Shown: one piece after another, positions 1 to 8,780 of the stretch
Position numbering within the stretch: the first letter of the stretch is position 1
Layout: each line of letters opens with the position of its first letter
Origin: an uncultured Spirochaetaceae bacterium
GTDB taxonomy: Bacteria > Spirochaetota > Spirochaetia > SZUA-6 > RPPD01
NCBI GenBank assembly: GCA_964634205.1
Contig: CAZWKE010000004.1
Span: 26,663-90,662, forward strand
Direction: 5' to 3'
DNA length: 64,000 nucleotides
The notes under the pieces: generated by a model
Told to the model about the DNA's origin: nothing
Database searches by the model: none
Seen by the model: the letters and a program-made list of their open reading frames with translations, nothing else
Made by a program: the position numbers and the translations under genes

Positions 1-410
1 CCACTTCATAATTGGCAAGGGACCGTCATCAACATGAAGGTTTGATTTCGTTCATCAAATGCCGCTATGCGATCATAAGCTATGCGTAGTGGCATTTTTT
101 TTAGTTAGTCCGGCCGGGAATCAACCTATTGTCTGACTTTCAGTAGTGGCAAGGAAGGTCAAGGATGTTATCGAGTTCATGGGAGACAAACCGTCCTGCA
201 TATGGTTCGTGAAGCCCGAGACCCTGAATATGTGATACAACTTTTTCCGAAAAATAAGCAGGCCGGTTCCCGCGATGACGGGTGTGCTGTAAGCCTAAAG
301 ACGCACATTATAGCGAGCCCATAGAGGGGAAAGCGATCTTGTTGTACGTGCAGCACTGTGGCACTTCTATCGACTGACGTGCGAACAGATTGTTTCAGCG
401 ACATGACATG

Positions 411-1529
411 TCAAAAATGCGCATTGAATTCGATGGCGATCGGGAGCCAGTATCCGCTTCCATCAGCAAGGGGTTGGGATAGAGGAAAAGCTGTATAAAG
501 CGTGAGGCTCGTCCAATTCCAGATATTGAGATAGACGCCGATCCCGGTTGAGAACAAAAAACCATCCTTGGGATAATAGCAAAAATTATAATACCCGGAA
601 TCGAAAAAGACAAAAACGCCCGGGGTGAAAGAGTAGATAATTTTAAACGCCGGTAGGTTCATCCGGTACTCGATATTCAAGACGCTCTTGAACTGTCCAT
701 CGAACCGCGTGTCTTCATAGCCGCGCACTGCGTATCCTAGACCGTAGCGGGGGTGTAATCCGCCGAAGATCTGCTGGATGTTGATTGGGAGATACCGACC
801 CGTACAATAATCGACCGAGAAGAAAAGGCCGATATAGCCGGAGAGGATGTTGAGTTTGGTCTTGGGGTCAATGTCAAAGAGGGGTAGAAAGGCCTTGGCC
901 GTAGCGTTTAACTGGACAAAATCGGCCATGCCGTAGAGATCGTTCCAGAGCCACTCGGGACCCCAATTGACCGTGGCCTCGACGTAAAAACCGCTAAAGA
1001 GCCGGTGGGGTGAGGTCTTGTCGAGATCGTTATAGTCGAGCCCAAAGAGAAAAGAGTTTTCAAAAATGCCGGGCGCATCCGGGAGGGCGCTCGCAATGAT
1101 GAGCTCATTCTTACTCGAGTCCGGGATGATGTAATCGACACGCGTTTTGTAAAACAAAAAGGCCTGCAGGAGATTGATTTGCAGTTTGTTGTTAAAGATA
1201 AACCCTTGGGCGATGCCGAGGTCTAACCGGGCGTTACAACGCCTGTAATAGGGATCCGTGGAAGGATTAAAGCCTTCGTCGCCCGAATAGAGCCGATTTG
1301 AGGGATCGCGGAAATAGTTCAGCCACTCATACCCGCCGCCGACATAGAGCCAGATCACCGTGTCGGGATTGGGGACTTGAGTCAGGCCGCGAAACCCGAG
1401 GCCGATATCGGCGCCGAACAAACGCAAGCCCAAATCAAAAAGGAGCGGGTCGCGTTCGGCAGAGTCATCGGTATAGCCCGATAATGCAATACATAGAAAT
1501 AGAACAGCGGATAAAATATTACGCAGCAT
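411..1529 (-). CDS. Outer-membrane beta-barrel protein (Omp85/surface-antigen-like barrel, no POTRA region evident)
   Basis: 372 aa. N-terminal hydrophobic signal-like segment (LSAVLFLCIALSG). Alternating aromatic/hydrophilic beta-strand pattern throughout. C-terminal residue is Phe (…EFNAHF), typical of OM barrels. Confidence 0.5.
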   Translation of the reverse strand: MLRNILSAVLFLCIALSGYTDDSAERDPLLFDLGLRLFGADIGLGFRGLTQVPNPDTVIWLYVGGGYEWLNYFRDPSNRLYSGDEGFNPSTDPYYRRCNARLDLGIAQGFIFNNKLQINLLQAFLFYKTRVDYIIPDSSKNELIIASALPDAPGIFENSFLFGLDYNDLDKTSPHRLFSGFYVEATVNWGPEWLWNDLYGMADFVQLNATAKAFLPLFDIDPKTKLNILSGYIGLFFSVDYCTGRYLPINIQQIFGGLHPRYGLGYAVRGYEDTRFDGQFKSVLNIEYRMNLPAFKIIYSFTPGVFVFFDSGYYNFCYYPKDGFLFSTGIGVYLNIWNWTSLTLYTAFPLSQPLADGSGYWLPIAIEFNAHF

Positions 1530-1604
1530 GGTGGTTTCCTTTCAAGATTAATAATGGTGAATTATTGTGATATGTCATGCTAAATCCCACTCTATAGTCC
1601 TTTG

Positions 1605-2465
1605 TCAGCCTTGGCGAAGTACAACAACCAGAACAATGAAAAGGGCTAAAGCCAAACGATAGATGGCAAAGCCGAGAAACGAGTGTCGACGTAAGAATCC
1701 TATCAGAAACTTGATACAAAGCAAGCCGCTTACGGCCGCCGCTAAAAAGCCAATGGGAAAGATTATGAGTTCCTTGCCGGAAAGGGTGGTCGTATGTAAT
1801 TGGGTGATAAAATCAAAAGCGCTCTTCAGGCCGGCACCGGCGATAATCGGTGCCGCCAAAAGAAATGAGAACCGGGCCGCTGTTTGACGTTTTAGCCCGC
1901 AGGCCAGCCCCGCCGTTATCGTCACCCCGGAACGCGAGACGCCCGGGAATATCGCTAAGGCCTGGGCCAATCCGATGATCAACGAGGCGCCTAGTCCGGG
2001 ATTGCCGGGTTTTTGATAGCGTTCAGTGAAACGATCGACAATGAGCAAGATTATCGCCGGTGCCCCTACAGCGCCGGCCATCAGAAGCATTGAAATACCC
2101 GGAATGGGGATGATGTGATAGGCTTCCGTGATTTTTCCCTCAAACAAAAGACCCGCGATACCGCCGGGGATACAGGCGAAAAGCAAAAACCAGGATAGTC
2201 TACGATTTTGATCCGAGCCGATCTTACGCTCGGCTATGCTTTTCACCCACGCGCAGAAGAGCGTTGCCACGTCGCGGCGGAAAAAAATGAGAATGGCCAG
2301 CAAAGTGCCCAGGTGGAGGGCCACGTCGAAGGACAAGCTCGCGATCGTGGGATCAGTCCAGCCAAAAAGCCAGGGAATGATGACGAGGTGGGCCGAGCTG
2401 GAGATCGGCAAGAATTCGGTGATGCCCTGGACGATGCCCAGGGTGATGGACTCAAGAATAACCAT
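1605..2465 (-). CDS. uppP: Undecaprenyl-diphosphatase
   Basis: 286 aa polytopic membrane protein with the UppP/BacA signature GITEFLPISSSAHL near the N-terminus and the second conserved PGVSRSG motif. Confidence 0.9.
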   Translation of the reverse strand: MVILESITLGIVQGITEFLPISSSAHLVIIPWLFGWTDPTIASLSFDVALHLGTLLAILIFFRRDVATLFCAWVKSIAERKIGSDQNRRLSWFLLFACIPGGIAGLLFEGKITEAYHIIPIPGISMLLMAGAVGAPAIILLIVDRFTERYQKPGNPGLGASLIIGLAQALAIFPGVSRSGVTITAGLACGLKRQTAARFSFLLAAPIIAGAGLKSAFDFITQLHTTTLSGKELIIFPIGFLAAAVSGLLCIKFLIGFLRRHSFLGFAIYRLALALFIVLVVVLRQG

Positions 2466-2521
2466 AGGATTTTCTCACGCTTTCTTGTTGCTTCAATTCC
2501 GAACACGATCTAGAACTGACT

Positions 2522-3304
2522 TTATCGCGTACGCGCCAGGTTTGCGGAAAACCAGGACCCCAGTGCGGTCATACGGTTGAAGAACGATTTTTGTTTCAAT
2601 TTCTCAATCCCCAGGAATCGCATTGTATCCGCCATCGTGATCGCGTACACGATTATTTTATCCCGCGTCGGCACGATGAAAAACGAAGTGTGCATCTTCT
2701 TCCTGCCCACTATGGTGAAAATGGCGAAATTAATGTTCGTCAGGTTGACGAGATCGACTTGGTACCAGCCTCCTTTCGTGCTGAAGGAGAAATCGTTGTA
2801 CATGTCGCCGGTCTGCTCCTCCTTCTCGTAGACAACGTAGTGTTTCTCCGTGGGCACAGTGGCCACTACCGGGTCGGGGAGCGGCCTCGTGTCGTGGAGC
2901 GAGGCGACACGATAGGAATCATAGATGAAGGTCTCCATCTTCCGGAGCGACTCAGAGAAGACCTGGAGCCCTTTCATGGCAGTGAAGGCGGTGAAACTCT
3001 TGAAGATCTTCAAGCCTATCTTCTTGTCGTCGGAGGCAGGCGGCCGGTCGATGAGAAAGAGGCTTTCGGCGGCGACGGACACGTCGAGACCCTGTGCCAG
3101 CGCGTTCACGTCGGCGGCAAAGGGGCTGTTCTTCCAAATCGGGAGGTCGGCCGGCTTGTCGCCGATATTGTGGAGTTCGCCCTGCCGGAAAAGCTTGGCG
3201 CAATCAGCCGCGGGCAGAAAGGAGAGGTAGTTCCTGGCGCTCTGTTGGGCGAAAGCGGAAACGGAAACTACGGCGAAAATGAGAATCACTACGGGAATTT
3301 TCAT
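2522..3304 (-). CDS. Hypothetical secreted protein
   Basis: 260 aa with a clear signal peptide (MKIPVVILIFAVVSVSAFAQQ). No family recognised. The overlapping plus-strand ORF 2591..3307 has high-GC antisense-type composition and was not chosen. Confidence 0.5.
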   Translation of the reverse strand: MKIPVVILIFAVVSVSAFAQQSARNYLSFLPAADCAKLFRQGELHNIGDKPADLPIWKNSPFAADVNALAQGLDVSVAAESLFLIDRPPASDDKKIGLKIFKSFTAFTAMKGLQVFSESLRKMETFIYDSYRVASLHDTRPLPDPVVATVPTEKHYVVYEKEEQTGDMYNDFSFSTKGGWYQVDLVNLTNINFAIFTIVGRKKMHTSFFIVPTRDKIIVYAITMADTMRFLGIEKLKQKSFFNRMTALGSWFSANLARTR

Positions 3305-4578
3305 TGATCTTTCCTTTCAGTCTTCGGTTTTGGGCCGCCGAGGGAATCGAGCGTTTCCATCAATGACTCCAAGGCCGACCGGCATTGAGACGACACCGGT
3401 CGCGCCGCGCGCATTTGTCGGAGTACATTGTCGATAAAGCCGTCCACAACCTTCCATTTGTCGGGGGCCATTTCCTGTAGCCGGGCCTGGGCGTCGTCCC
3501 ATGCCGATTCGAGGTCGGTAACCCTTGTTTTGGCATCGTTAAAGCGGCTGGCCTTGAGCAGCCGGAGCGTGTCGTCCGTTATGACGCGAAAGCCGGAGAT
3601 GTCTCCGAGCGGCGCCGTCGGAGACGAGGCGGCCGCGGCCTCGGCGTGGAGGTTATGCTGGCGCAAGGCATATCCCGTGCCGGCAACAATAACGAAAACC
3701 GCAGCCGTGGCCAAAACCTGCCGCAAGACTCTCCTCGGTTTCGGATCGTCGGCAACGCTGGCCTTCGGCTTGGGGATGATATCCTTCTTTGTGAAAGAGA
3801 GGAAAACCACGGTAGCAAGGATGGCGACGAGGAAAATTACGCTGGTAAGTGTCGGTCCCAAGCTCAAGCCGCCCTTAGAGACGGATTGCGAGAGAAAATC
3901 CCCAAGCGAGGCGCCGAGCGGTCGGGTCATGATGTACGCCACCCAGAACGAGAGCACGGCGTCCAGACCGATCCGCCAGGCGATGGCCATCGAGGCAATG
4001 GTACCGAGGACAATGAAACCCGTGACCATGTATCCCAGGCCGAGTCGCTCGGCCATAAGGTCTCCCGCGGCGGTGCCCAGGGCGAAGGTGAAGAGGATGG
4101 CCAGCCAATAAAAGGCCTCGCGTCGGCGGGTAAAAATTGAATGGATGGAAAGTGTTTTTTCAAAGGCGAACCAGATGATGAATGTAATCAGCAGGGCGAC
4201 AGTGAACACGAGCGTGCTCACCTCCAATGGGACGCCCAATTTATCCGTAAGGTTGTCCGTAACGAGCGTTCCGAAGACGCTGATCAAGACCACAGTGAGC
4301 CAATAGATCCCCGAGATGTACTTGTCCGCCCTGAATTGGAAGAATAGTATGGCGGCAAGCAGTATTCCCATCGCGACAGACGTGCCGGTGAGGCCCAAAC
4401 CGAGGTCGACGTTCAGGAAGTCGGAGAAGGTCTCGCCGATCGTCGTGCAGAGGACTTTAATGATCCAAAAGTAAATCGTCACCGCCGGGACTTTGCTGAG
4501 GATAATGCGCGATCGTTTCAGATGTTCTATTTCCATCAATTTCTCCTTGGTAGATAATAATAAAAAGTATGACTCCAT
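3301..4578 (-). CDS. Hypothetical polytopic membrane protein with C-terminal soluble domain
   Basis: 425 aa. Multiple hydrophobic helices in the first ~250 residues (two similar halves), then a charged C-terminal ~150 aa. True start may be an internal Met (MEIEHLK…). No family recognised. Confidence 0.5.
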   Translation of the reverse strand: MESYFLLLSTKEKLMEIEHLKRSRIILSKVPAVTIYFWIIKVLCTTIGETFSDFLNVDLGLGLTGTSVAMGILLAAILFFQFRADKYISGIYWLTVVLISVFGTLVTDNLTDKLGVPLEVSTLVFTVALLITFIIWFAFEKTLSIHSIFTRRREAFYWLAILFTFALGTAAGDLMAERLGLGYMVTGFIVLGTIASMAIAWRIGLDAVLSFWVAYIMTRPLGASLGDFLSQSVSKGGLSLGPTLTSVIFLVAILATVVFLSFTKKDIIPKPKASVADDPKPRRVLRQVLATAAVFVIVAGTGYALRQHNLHAEAAAASSPTAPLGDISGFRVITDDTLRLLKASRFNDAKTRVTDLESAWDDAQARLQEMAPDKWKVVDGFIDNVLRQMRAARPVSSQCRSALESLMETLDSLGGPKPKTERKDQ

Positions 4579-4672
4579 AAAATGAAAAAGACATGAAATT
4601 TTACCGGATTTTTTCTCACGGGCGGGGGTTTTTTTTCATGCCGATTTCATCTTTTAACGTTATCTTTAAAAT

Positions 4673-5362
4673 ATGCGCATTTTGATTGTTGAGGACGAAC
4701 GCAAGATTTCCTCATATGTAAAGCGCGGGTTGAAAGAACTGGGTTATGCTGTCGACGCAGCATTCACCGGGCAGGAAGCGTTGGATATGGCCGCCGTCGT
4801 ATCCTATGATCTCATCGTCCTGGATATCCTGCTGCCGGGAATCGACGGACTCAGCGTGTGCCGCCGGCTGCGAAGGCGGGGCTTGCGTGTTCCGATTCTC
4901 ATGCTCACCGCGCGGGACGCCGTCGACGACCGGGTGGCCGGCCTCGACGCCGGGGCGGACGACTATCTGGTAAAGCCGTTCGCCATGAAAGAGCTACAGG
5001 CCCGTTTGAGAGCCCTCTCTCGGCGAGGGTCCGAACGGCCGAAATCGCCGATGTTCCATATTGCCGATTTGAGCATAGATACCACGACGCGTCGCGTTCG
5101 CAGAGGAGACCGCGCCATCGAGCTGACCGCCAAAGAATACGCGGTATTGGAGTGCCTGATGCGCGAACCGGATCGCGTCTTCACGCGGGCCGTGATCGTC
5201 GAGCACGTCTGGGATTACGACATCTACAATGAATCCAATGTCGTTGATGTGTATATTCGCAACCTGAGGCGCAAGATAGACGACGGGTCAGACGTAAAGC
5301 TGATCCATACCGTCCGGGGGACAGGCTACCGCCTTTGCGCCGGGGACAAGGCCGACCAATGA
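4673..5362 (+). CDS. OmpR/PhoB-family two-component response regulator
   Basis: 229 aa. Receiver motifs (MRILIVEDE…, LDILLPGIDG, LMLTARD) plus a C-terminal winged-helix trans-regulatory domain (…YIRNLRRKID…VRGTGYRL). Confidence 0.9.
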   Translation: MRILIVEDERKISSYVKRGLKELGYAVDAAFTGQEALDMAAVVSYDLIVLDILLPGIDGLSVCRRLRRRGLRVPILMLTARDAVDDRVAGLDAGADDYLVKPFAMKELQARLRALSRRGSERPKSPMFHIADLSIDTTTRRVRRGDRAIELTAKEYAVLECLMREPDRVFTRAVIVEHVWDYDIYNESNVVDVYIRNLRRKIDDGSDVKLIHTVRGTGYRLCAGDKADQ

Positions 5363-6735
5363 CGCTGCGCGTCCGCGTGACCTTGTGGGTTTCAGGGCTG
5401 CTGATCGCGGTCATTGTGGGATTGGGAGCTTTCGTCTACGGCAGTCTCCGGCGGGGATTGGAGGCATCGATCGACGATTCTCTGCGCATCAGTGCCTCGC
5501 AGGTCGATGCCTCCCTCGATATTGAAAATGAAACGATCGATTTCAATGACGCGCCTCAGGAAAATGACGCCCGTACCAGCCTGCATGAGCGCGGGTTGAC
5601 GGTGCGGATCCTTAATCCGGCGGGTAGAGTTCTGGAAGCATTTGGTCCATACCGCGCTCTGCCCGTCGAGTCCGTCGACACGGCGGCTGTCCCGGCGGGC
5701 AAGCCTGTATTTTTGACTGTGCGTGATCCGAAAACCTCCGACAATGTACGGATGTATACGACGCCGATACGCAAAAACAACAGAATAATCGGCTTCATCC
5801 AGGTGGCGCAGAGTCGGAAAGGGATGGAAGACTCTCTGCACCGCCTCCTTTCGGCGCTGCTCTTGGGAGGCCCGCTTCTCGTGCTGCTCGCCGCTCTAGG
5901 CGGTTTCCTCCTCGCCGGCCGTACACTCGCCCCTATCGACCACATCACCCGCACCGTGCGGCGCATCTCCGCCGAAGACCTGGGCGCCAGGCTGAATCTG
6001 CCCGCGACCGATGACGAGGTCGGGCGGCTGGCCGCTACTTTCGACGAAATGCTGGAAAGGCTCGAGGGGGCGTTTCGCCGCGAACGCCGGTTCACCGCTG
6101 ACGCTTCCCACGAGCTGCGCACCCCACTTGCCGCCATGCAGATAATTCTCTCGGTGGTACGGGAGCGACCCCGTTCCGCGGCTGATTATGAACAGGCCCT
6201 GGGCGATATCTCCGACGAAGTCGGTCGGTTACGCGCGCTGTCGGAAGATCTATTGCGGCTGGCGCGCGGTGATACGCGCCGGATCGTCGAACGCGAAAAG
6301 GTCAACTTCTCCGAGTTGCTTAGCGACGTGAGCGATTCACTTCGGCCTTTGGCGGAAGCCAAGGGGGTGGCGCTTGCCTGCTCGGTCACCGAAGGCCTCG
6401 TCCTGCAGGGGGACCGGGATACTTTGATCCGGTTGTTCGTCAATCTCCTTGACAATGCGGTGAAGTTCACCGAACGCGGGTCCATCGAGATTTCCGCCCA
6501 AGCAGATAGGGAATGGATTCTGGCGACGGTCTCCGACACCGGAATCGGCATTCCGGCCGAGCACCTCCCGCATGTTTTAGAGCGATTCTACCGCGTGGAC
6601 AAATCGCGATCCGGGCGGGGAACCGGCCTCGGCCTCTCGATCGCACAGGAAATCGCGCTGTCTCATGGGGGAACGCTCAAGCTGACAAGTGCCCCCGGCA
6701 GGGGGACGACGGCCGTCGTACAGCTGCCGCTATAA
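5359..6735 (+). CDS. Sensor histidine kinase (periplasmic sensor, HAMP, HisKA, HATPase_c)
   Basis: The ATG overlaps the response-regulator stop (ATGA). It has two TM helices flanking a ~140 aa extracytoplasmic region. The H-box is ADASHELRTPL. The N, G1 and G2 boxes are NLLDNAVKF, DTGIGI and GTGLGLSIA. Confidence 0.85.
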   Translation: MTLRVRVTLWVSGLLIAVIVGLGAFVYGSLRRGLEASIDDSLRISASQVDASLDIENETIDFNDAPQENDARTSLHERGLTVRILNPAGRVLEAFGPYRALPVESVDTAAVPAGKPVFLTVRDPKTSDNVRMYTTPIRKNNRIIGFIQVAQSRKGMEDSLHRLLSALLLGGPLLVLLAALGGFLLAGRTLAPIDHITRTVRRISAEDLGARLNLPATDDEVGRLAATFDEMLERLEGAFRRERRFTADASHELRTPLAAMQIILSVVRERPRSAADYEQALGDISDEVGRLRALSEDLLRLARGDTRRIVEREKVNFSELLSDVSDSLRPLAEAKGVALACSVTEGLVLQGDRDTLIRLFVNLLDNAVKFTERGSIEISAQADREWILATVSDTGIGIPAEHLPHVLERFYRVDKSRSGRGTGLGLSIAQEIALSHGGTLKLTSAPGRGTTAVVQLPL

Positions 6736-6749
6736 AATAATCGCCGTTT

Positions 6750-6782
6750 TATTTCATCTGTATTTCATCTGTATTTCATCTC
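6750..6782 (+). promoter_or_regulatory. Three tandem 11-bp direct repeats (TATTTCATCTG x3, last copy ...CTC), directly downstream of the histidine-kinase stop and upstream of the lipoprotein/ABC operon
   Basis: Read directly in the sequence. The 11-bp period (one helical turn) is the classic architecture of OmpR/PhoB-family binding sites. Confidence 0.4.
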
Positions 6783-6849
6783 TGGTGGGGATCTTTTTTA
6801 TAGGGACGGCGTTTAGCCGTCCGTCATCCAAGTGCAAGGAGATGCTCAT

Positions 6850-7461
6850 ATGAAAATTTCCATTCTGCCTACAGCCTTTGTCCTGTGCGCGGCGTTTCTG
6901 TTGCCGGCCGGTTGCGGGAAAGCACCCGCGGCCGCCGGAGGGACGACGGCCTCTTCCGCCGCGACACAAGAGCAGCTTCCCGAGCCGAACAGCTTGGTTG
7001 GCGACATCCCGGACACCCAAGTATTCGTCAGGTATATGTCGAAGGTGGGAAAGTATTCGATCGAAGCGCCCGAAGGATGGGCCAGAACGGAAAACGGCGG
7101 CAATGTGAAGTTTACCGACCACTTCGACGGCGAGGAAGTAAGCCTCAGCGTGAGCGACGCTGCTCCGACGATCGACAGCGTGAAACGTGATCAGACGCCC
7201 GCCCTTCTCGCGAACGGCCGCGCGGTTAAGATTGAGTCCATAAAAAAAGCCGTCCTGGCCAACGGTACGGCTGTCGTTCAGATCATTTATAACTCCGATT
7301 CCGATCCGGATCCGGTGACGGACAAGCATGTACGCCTCTCCGACCTCACGATCCTTTTTTATCACCAAGGCCGACTGGCGGCGCTCACCCTCTGGTCCCC
7401 CAGTGGGGCGGACAATGCCGATCAATGGAAGCGCATTGCCGAGAGCTTCAGATGGCGCTGA
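6850..7461 (+). CDS. Lipoprotein (hypothetical), first gene of the ABC transporter operon
   Basis: Signal peptide plus lipobox (MKISILPTAFVLCAAFLLPAGC). AGGAG RBS-like sequence upstream. Stop overlaps the next gene. Confidence 0.6.
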   Translation: MKISILPTAFVLCAAFLLPAGCGKAPAAAGGTTASSAATQEQLPEPNSLVGDIPDTQVFVRYMSKVGKYSIEAPEGWARTENGGNVKFTDHFDGEEVSLSVSDAAPTIDSVKRDQTPALLANGRAVKIESIKKAVLANGTAVVQIIYNSDSDPDPVTDKHVRLSDLTILFYHQGRLAALTLWSPSGADNADQWKRIAESFRWR

Positions 7462-7462
7462 C

Positions 7463-8128
7463 ATGACGGTACTCAATGCCGAAGAACTGTATCGATTCTA
7501 CCACAGCGGAGAGGAAGAAACAATCGCCCTGCGCGGCGTGAGTCTGACCGTTGAAACCGGAGAGATGACGGCGGTTGTTGGCCCGTCGGGAAGCGGAAAA
7601 TCCACGCTGCTGTCCTGCCTGGCAGGGCTGGATGAACCCGACGGGGGCACTGTGCGTCTCCTGGACCGACGCCTGACACGACGTCCCGAATCCGAAAAGG
7701 CTTTGCTCCGGGCGCGCCATATCGGGATCATGATGCAAACGGGGAACCTCTTCGACCAGCTTACGGTGGGACAAAATATACTCGTCTCCATGCGATTGGC
7801 ACGCGCGGTGGACCGCCGACGGATCGAGACGCTGCTCGATCTGGTGGGCCTCTCCGGGCGGGAGCAGACCCTGCCGACGCGCTTGTCCGGCGGGGAGGCG
7901 GCGCGCGCGGCGCTGGCGGTGGCACTGGCGGCCGATCCGGTTCTTCTCCTTGCCGACGAACCCACCAGTCAGGTGGACGACGAGATGGAGCGGCGGCTCC
8001 TGCGGATGATCGCCCGCTATTGTGAATCAGGCGGAGCGGCGGTGCTCGTGACACATAGTGATGCTGTAGCGGGCGCGGCCCAGTTCATCGTGAAGTTGGT
8101 GGACGGAAAGGTGGTGAGCCATGAGTGA
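7463..8128 (+). CDS. ABC transporter ATP-binding protein (MacB/LolD/FtsE-like family)
   Basis: Walker A GPSGSGKST, signature LSGGEAARAA, Walker B LLLADEPT. Start chosen at the ATG immediately after the lipoprotein stop (the track ORF started earlier, inside the lipoprotein). Confidence 0.85.
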   Translation: MTVLNAEELYRFYHSGEEETIALRGVSLTVETGEMTAVVGPSGSGKSTLLSCLAGLDEPDGGTVRLLDRRLTRRPESEKALLRARHIGIMMQTGNLFDQLTVGQNILVSMRLARAVDRRRIETLLDLVGLSGREQTLPTRLSGGEAARAALAVALAADPVLLLADEPTSQVDDEMERRLLRMIARYCESGGAAVLVTHSDAVAGAAQFIVKLVDGKVVSHE

Positions 8129-8780
8129 CGTTTTGGTCGAGGGCCGGCGCTTGGGACGCAGCTATCGCCGCGGCAAAACGGAGGTCGCGGCGCTCGCAGA
8201 TGTCGATGTCACGGTTCACGCGGGAGACCGCATCGCGGTTGTCGGACCTTCGGGCGGGGGCAAGTCCACCCTCCTGCAATTGATGGGGGGCCTGGACGTT
8301 CCTACTTACGGACGTATCGTATGGCCCGCGCTCGGCGAACGTTCGTCTCTTCGTCCCGGAAAGATCGGTTACGTGTTCCAGACAGAAAGCCTCCTCGCTC
8401 CGCTCTCCGTTTTGGAAAACGTGGAGCTGCCCCTCCTCCTGGCGGGCGAATTGCGGACAGCAGCCCGCTTGCGCGCCCGGGAAGTCATGGAACGGCTTGG
8501 CTTGGAGGCGATCCTGGAAAAGCTACCGGAAGAATTGTCGGGGGGACAAGCGCAGCGCGTGGCCATGGCCCGCGCCCTCGCGGCGAGCCCGCGGTTGATC
8601 CTGGCGGACGAGCCCACCGGCCGGCTTGATCACCCGACGGCCCATCGCCTCTTCGACGTCATACTGGGGGCGCTCACCGCGGACGACACTGCGCTAGTAG
8701 TCGCCACCCACGATATGGCGATCGCGGAGCTTCTGCCGGTACAATGGCGCATTTCGCATGGTCGCCTGGAGGAAACATGA
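8121..8780 (+). CDS. ABC transporter ATP-binding protein (second ATPase of the same family)
   Basis: Walker [10 protein letters not shown], signature [10 protein letters not shown], Walker B ILADEPT. Overlaps the upstream ATPase stop by 8 nt. Confidence 0.85.
   Translation: MSDVLVEGRRLGRSYRRGKTEVAALADVDVTVHAGDRIAVVGPSGGGKSTLLQLMGGLDVPTYGRIVWPALGERSSLRPGKIGYVFQTESLLAPLSVLENVELPLLLAGELRTAARLRAREVMERLGLEAILEKLPEELSGGQAQRVAMARALAASPRLILADEPTGRLDHPTAHRLFDVILGALTADDTALVVATHDMAIAELLPVQWRISHGRLEET

Noticed and set aside
1-410. Possible partial gene or RNA at the 5' edge (small ORFs 177..404 and 395..613 on the minus strand)
   Set aside because: No recognisable protein features, and the ORFs overlap the OMP gene start. 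I cannot support any call from 400 nt of edge sequence.
2591-3307. 238-aa plus-strand ORF overlapping the 2522..3304 minus-strand gene
   Set aside because: Antisense to an ORF with a clean signal peptide and sensible composition. The plus-frame translation is Gly/Arg/His/Val-rich, typical of stop-free antisense frames in high-GC DNA.
3428-4140. Plus-strand ORFs 3428..4111 and 3646..4140 inside the membrane-protein gene
   Set aside because: The minus-strand frame encodes coherent TM helices. The plus-strand frames are Arg/Ser/Ala-rich with no features. High GC inflates spurious ORF length.
5392-6137. Antisense ORFs 5392..5841 and 5556..6137 within the histidine-kinase gene
   Set aside because: The sense frame carries complete HisKA/HATPase motifs. 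Antisense ORFs in a 65% GC region are expected artefacts.
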